From Zancudomyces culisetae HAW-14-8 (taxonomy: Eukaryota; Fungi; Kickxellomycota): 64,000 bases of DNA. The stretch covers positions 3,534,001-3,598,000 of the forward strand of contig JBNJNM010000011.1 in the NCBI GenBank assembly GCA_052426225.1. The letters are read 5' to 3'. Numbering within the stretch: position 1 is the stretch's first letter; each line of letters opens with the position of its first letter. The translations under genes and the position numbers were made by a program. Below, in pieces: positions 1 through 11,400 of this stretch. The notes beneath the pieces were generated by a model that saw nothing but the letters and a program-made list of their open reading frames with translations, did no database searches and had not been told where the DNA came from.

Positions 1-1
1 A

Positions 2-2044
2 CAAGTTTATGAAATGGGTCTTAAAGAAGGGTATGCTCAAGGGGTGAGAAGTAAGCACATAGCGAATAGAGAACTCAGTGATGGTGTTGCGAGAAGAAGT
101 GCATTTGAAAGCAGAAGAGAGAGTAGAAAACCTGGCAGTGCTCCGGTTAATCTCCGAGGAACGGGTACTATCGAAGATATACGTTGGGATAACAACTGGG
201 GTGGGTACCCAGACAAAATTCCTAGTTCAGAGGTTCGTGGATACGCCGGAGATAATATACAATCTCAATGGATGTCTCATGAGACTGATAGTGAGGAGGT
301 TGGGTCAAGTCTGATGACAGGAGCGCAGAACGCAGCGAACGAAATGTTACGAAACTGGCACCTGTTTTTAGTGTCACAGGCTGGAGAAACTCAGGATCAA
401 ATGTATGATGCTATAGCGGCTAAGGCACGAGAGGTCGAGGAAAATCAAAAAAACTATGTGTTTTTAACAGAGCAAATGGTTGAGACAATTAGAAACAAAT
501 GTGTTGTTGGGAAGGACAAGGAGGATGCAGTTGTGCTTAAAACCAAGGTCGAGGTTGAGGCAGATGGGAAGGATGGTTTCAAGTCAAAGTATGCGTTTAC
601 ACTTAGCTCGATAGTAGATGTAGTGAACATAGATACGTTTTTGGAAAGTGCAGATGTTGTTGGAAAAGAACAGGTGCATGACAACTATATACTACCGCAT
701 CATTCTGTCGCGGATATGTTTGCTCCTCATTCAAGCGTAGCTGAACCAATAGATGCAGTATTTAATGAAGCTTACCTACCAGATAGAAACATGATAAGGC
801 AGCCCACAATGAGTGAGGATTTTGGAAATATTAGCGACTGCACAAACAGTTCGGAAGATCATAACCCTCGGTTCAATATGGAACAGTTGTACACTCGTCT
901 GCAGTCTCGGCTTTTAGGTATGCAGTTGGACCAGAATTCGCGTTTGGACCCAACAGGTGCCGCACCTGTAGCAAGCAAAATGCGACTCGTGAAAAAGCCT
1001 TCGGCGCGCCAAACCAGCACACATAGTAAACAAACCGCCAGTGGTAATAATAGTGACTTCGAAAGTTTCCATAGCTACAAAATTCAGTGGAATAGTGAAG
1101 ATCTGTATGGTATTGGAAATCTTTCTCGACGAAATTCGATTCTGTCTGTGGTTAGCACCGATGAATCTGTTTTCGACGAATCAGAATACCCTATACATGA
1201 AGACCAGTCCATAGATGGAGCGCTTTACCATTCTATTTACACCTCAGGTCAATCACAGCATGAACAACCACAGTACAACGTTTTATCACCTGTAGTACCC
1301 ATATCACCACCAACACTAAGTTCATCACCAATTTCCTCGCCAAATAGCGCCTTTGAATTTTTCAAAAAGCCAAGACTAAAGAGATCTATTACGGCTCCAA
1401 TGACACCGCTGGTAGCAGGATTTCAGCAAGTACCAATAGCAACACCTGTCACATTCTTTGATGACCAGCATTTACGATCATCTTTTCAACAGTTACAATT
1501 TGATTATGCGAAAAACAACGATGATCATATAGCGTATTTGACAGAACGCAACACTAGATATAATAAGGCATTCTCGTCTTCTGATGGGTTTGTAAATAAT
1601 GAAGATGATGGTAAAAATGGCAAAAATGATGGTAACAATGGTGAAAAGGCTGCTCAGTACCGCCAATCACGGCAGCCGCTTGGATTGCAAGACAAGCCGT
1701 ATTCATTTGAGGAGACTATTCTAGAACTCAAAACAAAGGCAATTGGGGATCTAAACGGAATTCCAAATGTACGTACAAGTCATAGAACTCCAACAAGAGG
1801 TGAAAAAAAAATAGGCAAAGCAGGTGAAGGTGGAGATAGCAGTGGAAGTAGGAGTGGAGGTGACGATGGAAGTGGAAGTGGAAGCGGCGATAGTTTAAGA
1901 ATAGACACATCTGGAAATTGGAAAGGTGGAACAAATGGTACTTTGAGTGTACAAAGCGATGTTAACAAAAACAAAAACAAAAACAAAAATAAAGGATTTT
2001 TGGATGAAATACAAAGCTTCGACCTAAGTAAAAATTTTATGTGA
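2..2044 (+). CDS. Uncharacterised low-complexity protein, probably 5'-truncated by the window edge
   Basis: 676-aa ORF from ATG 14. The frame stays open to the window start (CAA GTT TAT GAA ATG). S/P-rich middle, GS and KN dipeptide runs at the C-terminus. No family recognised. Confidence 0.7.
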   Translation, partial: QVYEMGLKEGYAQGVRSKHIANRELSDGVARRSAFESRRESRKPGSAPVNLRGTGTIEDIRWDNNWGGYPDKIPSSEVRGYAGDNIQSQWMSHETDSEEVGSSLMTGAQNAANEMLRNWHLFLVSQAGETQDQMYDAIAAKAREVEENQKNYVFLTEQMVETIRNKCVVGKDKEDAVVLKTKVEVEADGKDGFKSKYAFTLSSIVDVVNIDTFLESADVVGKEQVHDNYILPHHSVADMFAPHSSVAEPIDAVFNEAYLPDRNMIRQPTMSEDFGNISDCTNSSEDHNPRFNMEQLYTRLQSRLLGMQLDQNSRLDPTGAAPVASKMRLVKKPSARQTSTHSKQTASGNNSDFESFHSYKIQWNSEDLYGIGNLSRRNSILSVVSTDESVFDESEYPIHEDQSIDGALYHSIYTSGQSQHEQPQYNVLSPVVPISPPTLSSSPISSPNSAFEFFKKPRLKRSITAPMTPLVAGFQQVPIATPVTFFDDQHLRSSFQQLQFDYAKNNDDHIAYLTERNTRYNKAFSSSDGFVNNEDDGKNGKNDGNNGEKAAQYRQSRQPLGLQDKPYSFEETILELKTKAIGDLNGIPNVRTSHRTPTRGEKKIGKAGEGGDSSGSRSGGDDGSGSGSGDSLRIDTSGNWKGGTNGTLSVQSDVNKNKNKNKNKGFLDEIQSFDLSKNFM

Positions 2045-2790
2045 AAAGAGCCCCACTTCTCTTCCCCACAAAAGAAACCAAAAATGAGAGGGCAGATGTT
2101 TACTGCATCTGCGTTGACTGAACTAACCTTTACTACCTAACGCTTTTTATGTTTGGTTTTTATCTAGTTTTTGCCACTATGGTTTATTTTATTTTTCTCA
2201 ATACTACATGGTAGAAAAAAGGGCTGTTGCTGCAAGAACTAACGGGATGTTTTGCTAGTGTCTTGGCTTTTCTTTTCTTTTTTTTGTAAAGAGTGTTGGT
2301 GGAATGCCCTTGGCTGTTACAAAGATGGATAGAGCAGACAATATCAAACATCAGTAATGCAATGCTAGCAGCTAATTGAAGGCCTGCCATTATTTCCATT
2401 TCTGTATTTTAATACGCTATACTTAATTTAAGAGTGTGGGTGAGATGTACGCTGATTGGCCATAGGATCTTTTGAAAATATGTAGTTAAATGCCCGTGGT
2501 ACCCGCTATCACTTTGTTTCTCCTCCTAAATTATTGGGATTTTTGGTTGTTTTCGTTTTGCGAATCAAAACTAATCTGTGAAATTGTGAAATAGTGAAAT
2601 GGCAAGATAGTCAATAGTAAAATAGTAAAATAGTTCAAAAATTTTTTTTAATGCAAGTTGTAACAATCACCACGCTTTTTCTAATTTGCTAACATCCAGT
2701 TGTTTACAAATCCAAAACAATATACTAGCTTTCTGAGTATCCTTTTTACTATTAAATAAAATAAACTTGGAAATTGGAAAAATCTGGCAA

Positions 2791-4653
2791 ATGAATACCA
2801 ACTTCAAGGCACTGATCGCATTAGCAATCCTAAACGAAGTTCTTGGTAGTGGACTCGAAGATGAAAATCCAGCCCTGTTTCAAACCCAGGATGCGGGTAA
2901 GAACTGGGGGGCAGCGGGTTCATCCGAATCAGCTTCGGCAGGGGTAGAGGGCTCGACTAATTACAAGAGTCTGGTCAAGATAATTGGCTTTCCGTTTAGA
3001 TTGTTCATGAGATACATCAGGGGATCATACAAAAATGATCCGTTTAGAACGTTTTTGGAACTTTGTTTGGTGGTCTTCTTTGTTTGGTATGTGTCACGGC
3101 AAAAGTACAAGATGAATCAGAATGACATCAAACTAACTGAAAAGGAAATTGACGAGCTGGTGCAGGAATGGAAACCCGAACCACTTGTTCCAGGTCTTAG
3201 CAAGACAGAAAGGCTCATTTTGGATTCAATTCCAGTTATCGATGGACAAAACGGTGTGGAAGTGAGGTTAAAGAACGGAGATATGGTAGATAACTTTTCC
3301 AACTATGACTACTTAGGATTTATGAGCAATAACGAAAAGGCCAGGGAAAAGGCAGTAAAAACACTGCGAAACTATGGAGTTGGAGCATGCGGTCCACCAG
3401 GATTTTATGGAACACTGGACGTGCACATGGAGTTGGAAAAAAAAATTGCAGAATTTATGGGTGCAGAGGCAGCAATTATATACTCACAGGGAATGGCAAC
3501 AGGGTTATCGGTTATTCCGTGCTTTAGCAAGCGAGATGGAGTAATAGTAGCAGACAGCGGTGTAAATTTTGTGCTACAGCAGGGTATTCAATTATCACGA
3601 AGTAAAGTATTTTGGTACAAACACAATGATATGGAGGACTTGGAAAACGTACTGACAACAACAAATAAGTACATCTCAAAGATAAAAGGACCAACTCCAA
3701 AAAAATTTATTGTTACAGAGGGGTTATTTACAGATACAGGCTCGATAGTTAATCTGCCCAAGATTTTGGAGTTGAAGAAAAAGTACAAATACCGATTAAT
3801 ACTGGATGACTCGGCAGGTATTGGAGCGTTGGGAGCCCGAGGAGCTGGTGTTTTGGATTATTATTATGGCGAGAAAGAAGGCAACGGCAAGGATGGTGTG
3901 GCAGAGGCTACCAAAGAAGTAGAGATCCTTTTGGGTTCGTTGTGGCAGGCATTTGGCGGCTCTGGTGGATTCTGTTGTGCGGCAAAGGAACTTATTGGCC
4001 ATCAACGGTTGTCGGGACTCGGGTATGTCTTTTCAGCATCAATGCCAGCGATAATGGCTGTTACTGCATCAGATGCAATTAGTCGACTTGCTGAAAGAGA
4101 TGGAGATGGGCGCCTAGCACTACGAAAATTAAACGAAAACATCTCGTATATGAGGCAATTGCTTGAAGAAATCAACAACAATAACAACAAATCGACCAAC
4201 GGATATGCCAGTGAAGAAAAGAGACTGCGCAATAAGGACAGTAATGTTAGCAGTATTAGCAGTGTTAGCACCAATAATGACAATTTTACTGACAGGGACA
4301 GCGGTATCATTGAGATTGAGGGTGATGATAATTCCCCAATAATTCATGTACACCTGACACCAAACTGTATGAGGCAAGCTGTACAAAAGCTGGGTGGCAA
4401 TGGAGGGATAAATAGCACCCAGCAGTTTTGGACTAGGCAAGATGAAGAGCTTGTGATGATGCAACTAGCCTCTGAAATTCAAACGACTTATAAGGTTCTT
4501 ATTTGTAGTAGTCTTTATGTGGTTGAGCGGGAGAAAGAGCCGGCCCCTGAGCCTAGCTTGAGAATCATTGTATCCGCAGGACATTCTAAGCGTCAAATCA
4601 TCAAGTGTGTTGAGGCTATAGAAAACTCTATTAATAAGCTGATCAATTATTAG
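2791..4653 (+). CDS. LCB1: Serine palmitoyltransferase subunit 1
   Basis: First ATG at 2791 (track start is TTG). Motifs LTEKEIDELVQEWKPEPLVP, YGVGACGPPGFYGTLDVHMELE and GYVFSASMPA. No PLP-binding lysine (GSLWQAFG), as expected for LCB1 rather than LCB2. Confidence 0.95.
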   Translation: MNTNFKALIALAILNEVLGSGLEDENPALFQTQDAGKNWGAAGSSESASAGVEGSTNYKSLVKIIGFPFRLFMRYIRGSYKNDPFRTFLELCLVVFFVWYVSRQKYKMNQNDIKLTEKEIDELVQEWKPEPLVPGLSKTERLILDSIPVIDGQNGVEVRLKNGDMVDNFSNYDYLGFMSNNEKAREKAVKTLRNYGVGACGPPGFYGTLDVHMELEKKIAEFMGAEAAIIYSQGMATGLSVIPCFSKRDGVIVADSGVNFVLQQGIQLSRSKVFWYKHNDMEDLENVLTTTNKYISKIKGPTPKKFIVTEGLFTDTGSIVNLPKILELKKKYKYRLILDDSAGIGALGARGAGVLDYYYGEKEGNGKDGVAEATKEVEILLGSLWQAFGGSGGFCCAAKELIGHQRLSGLGYVFSASMPAIMAVTASDAISRLAERDGDGRLALRKLNENISYMRQLLEEINNNNNKSTNGYASEEKRLRNKDSNVSSISSVSTNNDNFTDRDSGIIEIEGDDNSPIIHVHLTPNCMRQAVQKLGGNGGINSTQQFWTRQDEELVMMQLASEIQTTYKVLICSSLYVVEREKEPAPEPSLRIIVSAGHSKRQIIKCVEAIENSINKLINY

Positions 4654-4800
4654 GCTAGCTCCGGAGGAAACGACTTTGTTTCGTTTCGATTGTTTTTAAT
4701 ATTTAAATTTTATTTTTTATGTTTAATTACTATATTCAATAAACTGTTGAAAATAAACAAACAGAAAACTCTATAAGAAAAGAAACAGGGGTGTAAGGGT

Positions 4801-6849
4801 TTATGAAGAAAAAAAGAGTCTTGATTTGATTTCGTTGTTGATCTGTCTAACTTCATCTTTGACTGTGTCCAAAACAGCCGAATTTTCTTGTGCTCTGCGG
4901 ATCAAATATGGTAATACTTTTGCAATTGGCCCATATGGAACATATTTGTAAACATGGAGGGATTTGGCTGAAGGGAATGCCTTGGGTAGTTGTGAACTGT
5001 TGCCGCTAGTGGCATCAATCTCTGCAGCCAGCATATAATTGGCCAAGTAGCTAGTAGCTCCATCCTGCATACCAAACAACTGACCGAAACCCAGAGTTCT
5101 TGAACAATCAGCTACTACATTTTTGTTTTTTTTGTCAGTGTCTGAAAAGTCATGTTTAGTTATCAGTCCCAATTTCTGTGATCTATCAATAGCCAATTTT
5201 ATGGAGTTGTGGTTGTGTGAAGCAATAAAAATGGCCGGATTGTTAACAGAAATAACTTTGCTTGTCTCATTAGAGCTTTGCACCATTTGCAGGGCCTTTG
5301 TCTTACTTTCGGCTATTTTTCCCAACAAAAACTCAATAGCTCCGTTATAGCTATCATGTGTAGCTTGCAAGGTTTCGTTGATTGGTGTTTCATAGCCAAG
5401 TTCAAGAGCCCTGGCGTTTTCCAATGCCATGTATGCGCCTCTGACTATCTTGACACCAAATGCCCAGCCTTGTCTGACCGACCTGATATAATCAGTCTTC
5501 AATCTGTACAACCCACTCTTGGTGTACAGCTGATAAGTGTTGTACAGGATCGGGTCAACCTGGAAATTGTTGCTACCATTGGTACTGGTAAATTTGTTCA
5601 CACTTTCACAGACCTCCAACACGGCTTGATCTATTGTAGGCTGGAAGTATGAATGTTCTGCGTCTGCCATGATCCTGGTACGTTTTTGAATGCCATACAT
5701 TGTAATCTCCCTGAGCCTTTCAGTTAAATTGTCATAAAATTCCAAGTCCAGTGGGCGAATACCAGAATCATCGTCCTTCTTTGCTTGCGAGGTTGATTTT
5801 GAGTGTGGTGGTGCTAGGAAAAGATTGCGAACCAACTTGTTGGAGTATCCCATTCCCATCATTAGATCTATAAAATCAATATATCCGTCGCCATCTTTAT
5901 CTATACTACTAAATATTTTCTGTACATCTACACTACTGGCATTGTGGCTATACCCTGGTAGTTTTTCTAGGATTCCAGTCTTAAACTGAGTAAGGTCAAT
6001 CTTTTCCAATCCATTTATGTCTTTGACACTCTTTATACTTCCATTACTCGCCTTGATAACCAGGTCGTTGTATCCCTTCCTCAACACTGGTTCGTATAAA
6101 GTGGATAGTCTATACAGACTATCAGGAGTAATCAACCCAGTGACCTTAACAGCAACAAAAGAATCGCGTTGCTGCGCTGCCATATCAATGCTCTTTTTAT
6201 ATTCCTGAACAAGATCGTCAATCGCCTTTTTGGCTTCCTCAATGACTTCATTTTCACTTTTAGTCTTACCATTACCAGCATCATCATCTTTTTTCAAATC
6301 CGATTCCACGGAATAATCCAAAATTGATTTGATGCCCAGCCCCTCCAGCTGTTTCATGCTGCCCACAATCTCACGTTCGTTTTCCCCTGCGCAGAATGTC
6401 TTGAAAAACGTCCTCTTGATAAACCAGTGACTGAGCCAACTCAAATGGATGCGTTCAGTAAACTCGATAAGTTTCAGCGAGTTGTTCACCAGCCATGGGA
6501 TAGTACAGCAAGAATATACAAATGAGTTTCGCAGCAACTGGCCGAGAGTTGCGTGCTTTAGGTAGCTTTTATCATTTAGCTTGATGGTTTCTGTTATATA
6601 CTTGACCTGTTCTTTGGTGGGTTGTTGGATTTCAGTTTGGTCTGCACTTTGGCCCTGGGAGTAACTTCTGGAAATGACGCTATTGACTGCTCTTTGTTTA
6701 TTCCAAACAGTGGATGGGGCAACAGAAGTAGCACATGACCCATAAACGCTCTTTGCGCCGGTTATTCCCGAATACGATCTTGATACAGATAGTAACCAAG
6801 TGATATTAGTTTTGCTTGGTAGGTGATTTTTTCGTATACCTTGTATCAT
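4801..6849 (-). CDS. PUT1: Mitochondrial proline dehydrogenase with EF-hand insert
   Basis: ATG at 6849 with an Arg/Ser-rich presequence. Motifs FCAGE, ILDYSVE, MADAEHSYFQP, YNTYQLY, GVKIVRGAYM, ASHN, FGQLFGM and YKYVPYGP...YLIRRAQEN. Confidence 0.95.
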   Translation of the reverse strand: MIQGIRKNHLPSKTNITWLLSVSRSYSGITGAKSVYGSCATSVAPSTVWNKQRAVNSVISRSYSQGQSADQTEIQQPTKEQVKYITETIKLNDKSYLKHATLGQLLRNSFVYSCCTIPWLVNNSLKLIEFTERIHLSWLSHWFIKRTFFKTFCAGENEREIVGSMKQLEGLGIKSILDYSVESDLKKDDDAGNGKTKSENEVIEEAKKAIDDLVQEYKKSIDMAAQQRDSFVAVKVTGLITPDSLYRLSTLYEPVLRKGYNDLVIKASNGSIKSVKDINGLEKIDLTQFKTGILEKLPGYSHNASSVDVQKIFSSIDKDGDGYIDFIDLMMGMGYSNKLVRNLFLAPPHSKSTSQAKKDDDSGIRPLDLEFYDNLTERLREITMYGIQKRTRIMADAEHSYFQPTIDQAVLEVCESVNKFTSTNGSNNFQVDPILYNTYQLYTKSGLYRLKTDYIRSVRQGWAFGVKIVRGAYMALENARALELGYETPINETLQATHDSYNGAIEFLLGKIAESKTKALQMVQSSNETSKVISVNNPAIFIASHNHNSIKLAIDRSQKLGLITKHDFSDTDKKNKNVVADCSRTLGFGQLFGMQDGATSYLANYMLAAEIDATSGNSSQLPKAFPSAKSLHVYKYVPYGPIAKVLPYLIRRAQENSAVLDTVKDEVRQINNEIKSRLFFSS

Positions 6850-8463
6850 TCTTGCTTTGTGCAAACTCTGTATAGTTATTTGATGAAAAGATAAAAATAT
6901 TCGCGCTTGTATCTGTTTATTGAGTATTAGATATTTAACAAAACCAGAATCAGCATCAGAAACTGAAAATTAAACTGAACCTGAAACAAGTTAAAACTAA
7001 ATTAATGAATGTAAACGGAACAAAGAAAGTATGAACGGGAAAATTCTTAGTTTTATTTATATTTCACTTTTTGCTGTTTACTCCCATTTGTTTCGTTACT
7101 AAGACTAGGTTTTCCCACATAGATTGAAGAAAAAAACATCCATAGCAATAAAATTTTTTTTTCCGACTTTTCGAATTATATCGTTTATAATGCTTTAAGA
7201 GGAGTATCGCGGAAAAAATCCGCCAAATTCATTCAATCGGCTAATTAAAGAGCAAAAAAAAAGTAAATAAATTACAAAGCTGATGAAAAAAAAGTAGCGA
7301 CAAGAATGGATAATGAGAGCGATCCTTGAGCTCGTATCACGAGCTTGAAAAATGATATTGCCATTTTCTATCCACGTGTGTTTACATTGCACATGAATCT
7401 GGGGCATTTGGCGTGATGTTACATTGTGTTATACAAGATAAAAAATGGAATGGTCTGTGATGGCTAATGAGGCAGATTGTTCCATTTATGGGAGAATGTG
7501 ATGGCTAGGTGGCACGACTTTTTATTTGGTACGAAGGAGAAAAGAAAAACTTTTTTTGTTTATCTTTAAGGTCATGCAATCAAATTTAGGGTATAGGGTA
7601 TGGGAAGGGAGGAGGGGGGGGGGTGTCATTATCTTTGTTTTATTTTGTGTTTGATGAATGAAGTGTGGTTTTGAAATGGGGAGGGAAGGGGGGGAGAAGG
7701 AAGGGGAGGAGAGTAAAAACTACGCACCAATATTATAATATTATACATTATACACATAAAAGATAGGCCAAAAGAGAAAAGGAAGAGATTATAGTGGACC
7801 ATACTGAGTGTACTATTATAAAAATGGTTTGATAATGTAAAAAAAAAAAACTGTAAGCGTTTTCTGAAGAGGAGTTTATAAGTAGACAAAACATACTGAA
7901 AACATTTGAGGGAAAATTCGTGCATTTTACGAATGGCGACAAAAATTAGAAAGAATCGTTTTGGCTGGTATATATAATTTTTCAAAAAAAAATTTTTTTT
8001 TTCTTTTTTCAAAGCAAGGGTGGCAGAAATGAAAGGAAAAGTTTAATTGCCAATTTTCCCTTTTCCATTTTCCATTTTCCATTTTGTTTCTTGTTTTTTT
8101 TTTTCAGTTTCAGGTTTATTTAGTGGGTCGGGAAAAATTCAACCATTTTCCAAATCAAGCTTTATTGCGCAGATACCAATTCTGATTAATAATTGGCCAA
8201 TTTTATATATGAAGAAAAGTGTAAACATCAACATGATTGATAATGCAAATGATTACTAATTTGGGTGCTATAAGCTTAAGGGCGAAGCTCATTCAACTCA
8301 CACACCGTCTCCATTTTTTTTTCCTGAAAATGGTGAATATTGTTTATTTGTGAATAATCTCAATTGATACAAAAACAAACTCTATACTGAACTACAAACA
8401 CAACACAAAGATAAAAGCAAAAAGCAAAAGCGAAAGCAAAAGGGTAAAAAGGTAAAAATGGTG

Positions 8464-11400
8464 TTACGAAGGGTAAAACTCGTAATACCTGGGGCATTTT
8501 TTGTTTGATTTCATGTGGCCCAGCATTCCACAGTTTCTACATCTTCTTGATCCAGTAGAGGAAAGCGGTGTTGATGCACCTGGTGTAGTGGGCATAATAT
8601 TCTGATTTGTATTCAGGCTGGTATTGACATTTAGGGAGTTGAGATGATTCGACGATCCCGAGAAAGAACCATCTGCTCTAAGGCTACCAGGTGTATTAAA
8701 TGCTCCATCAGCACCGGAGGACGCGGTAGAGAATGTCATACCGCTACCAGTATTTGGATCATTAGCGGAGCCGTACCCGTAGTTGAGAGAGGACGCATTT
8801 TGGGAGAATTGATGTTGCTGCTGCTGTTGTTGTTGTTGTTGAATTTGCGAGGACAAGCTAAAAGTGCTCATGTGTGAAGATAATAACTTTGAATAGTGTT
8901 TTGCCCTACAATGCTTGGATAACCTCAATTTGGCAATGGCTTCGCTGTCCCTAAGAGCATTTTCCTTTTGTTGTTGATGGATGATGTATTTCTGTCGCAG
9001 GTATGCCTCAATTACTTGAGGGTCTGTTAGAATTTCAACCGAATATGAATATGTATATTCACCAGAGGGGCCGATAGTTGCAGATCGTATTTTGCGTTTA
9101 ATTACCAAGCGCTTTTTGGTAAGCATCTTTGAATTGTAGCCGATAAAGCTTGTTTGATGAGGAGGAGGAACTGTGGGTTTGTTCAGAGGAAGGTTAGTTG
9201 ATAGATTGGAAATTTCAAAACACTTTCCGCCATTACTATTGTTTGTATTGTTGACATTATTGTTGGTGAGAAAAAGAGGAAGGTATGGATCGCCAGACTT
9301 GGGAACAATCAAATTCTCATTTTCACTGCAATGGTGCTTACAACTGGTAATAAGCTTTACTGCAGAAGGTACATACGAAGATGATGGTGACAGTGATAGT
9401 GATAGCGACAGGGAGGATGGCGAAGAGAGCAGCCGCAGTTGGCCATTCCATATACGATCAATCTCCTCACGATAGATTTCCTGCTGCTCAGCGACGTTGT
9501 ACCGATGCGCACTCTTTGGCCGCGATTCGATTTCAGCTAGCTTTGTTTCAATATCTTCACCAGGTCGCAAAAATATATCTTTCATGCTAACACGCAGGAA
9601 ACTGAATGCGCATCCAATATTTGATGGATCGCCTTCACCACACAGCTGCAGCATCGCCTTGCCCTGTGTAGCGTTTGTAAAATTGCGCGTTGTGTTCCAG
9701 TTGGCCAGTCTTTCTTCAGTCGGGGTATGTACCATCGAAGATGGCGCCAGCGACGACGCTTCGTCAACAGGCCGCCAAGAAGTGGCATTCACAGGCGTTG
9801 GTTGAGGTGTTTGGGGATCGTTGTAGCTATAGTTACCAACCGAATCAGTATCGTTATGTGCTCCAGACGAGGCCGCTTTAGCCGCACCCAAGTCCATCAA
9901 GTGCAGCTGACTTACCAACATACTTTCAAACAGACAAATCATTTCAGGACTAAGCATCTCACGCAGATTCTCTTCCTTAGGAACCGGCATATTGGATTTA
10001 GCACGCCAGTATCCTGAACCTGCCCCCTTTTTTTGAAACTCACAAAACTCTTTGAGTCGCTGCCTAATTTGTGCATCGTTGTATTCTGGGAACATCTCGA
10101 TTAGTTTTTCAAAGTTCAGCAAGTGATGTAAATTTTCATTTATTAGTCTATACGCCGCTACTTGCAACCTCATTTTGATTATATTTGTCACGCGACGACT
10201 ATGTGGAGTAGGCACTTCCATCAACGGATACGTTTGTCCCGCTACAAAAAAATGTGGAATCGATCGCAAATAATACCGGCTGTTGTTTTTTTCTGCTTTG
10301 AATCGAATGGCCAAAAAATCTCTATTGTTCGGCCGTTGTTGGAAAAGCGGTGCCCTAAACAAATTGTTGTACAAAACCGCCATCATTTGCCCTGATTCTA
10401 CATTTCCAAACCCCCAAAACGGTGAAACGTCCGCCACACCCAACACAAACAGCTCACCAAGCCGTGTTTCTGGAACATGTGTGTCCTTGTCATCCACTTT
10501 TCTGTAGTAATTTACCAGTACAGAGCCCATTCCCACATTCGACATCAGCGGTGGAAATTCTTCTGTGTATTCTACCAGCACAATCTCACTGTTATCTCGC
10601 AACGTAATGTCCATTCCACTCCAAAGTGCCTCACTTCTACCTCTGTGTTTTCTCTTCTTCGAACTCCGTACTCGATTAAATCGAATCTTTACATCCCCAC
10701 TTGTTGCCTCTGTGTTTTCATATACATTAAATCTCGGTCGGTGCCATTCCCTTAATTCTTGTTTTGTAAACCGTATTTTGAAAAACGGCTTCAGTAATTT
10801 CACCACTGGAACCGAATGCTTCACTACCAGCTGCCCAAATGTCTGTCGTACCCTTGTTATTCTTCCTTCCTGTAGTGCCTCATAAAACATATCGTTGGAG
10901 ATGTTATATCTGTTACCTCTTCCTTCCCCTGTCTCCTCTAACCCTATTCTTTCAAGCTTCCCTCCAGCTTCTGCTTCTCTGCTCCCTATTCCTCGCTCAA
11001 TGCTTTTCTTTATAGCCATTATTTCCTTTTCACTAGCCATGTCAAACCGTATGTCCTCTATCCAGCCTCCATTCATAAAATTGATATTTATTGGCCTAAT
11101 ACTCCGGCCTTCTACTTTCCATGGTCCATCTTCCTCTCCTACTGGTTTTTCGAAACGTATGTCTTTTTCCCAATCTAAAACTTCTATTCCAAACATGCTT
11201 CTATCGACCTCTACCCCCCCTGAATTCACATCATTCCATGTATTTACTCTTCCCTCTTCCTCCCGTGTACGTTCTAACCTACTTGTAATCTCTTCTAAAT
11301 AGTTAACGCTCTTCTTAACTTTCCTGTTTATTTCCCACAACTTGCTGTCTGCCGTTTTAATTTCTATTTGCGGATATTTCCGTTTGTTTCTATTTATTTT

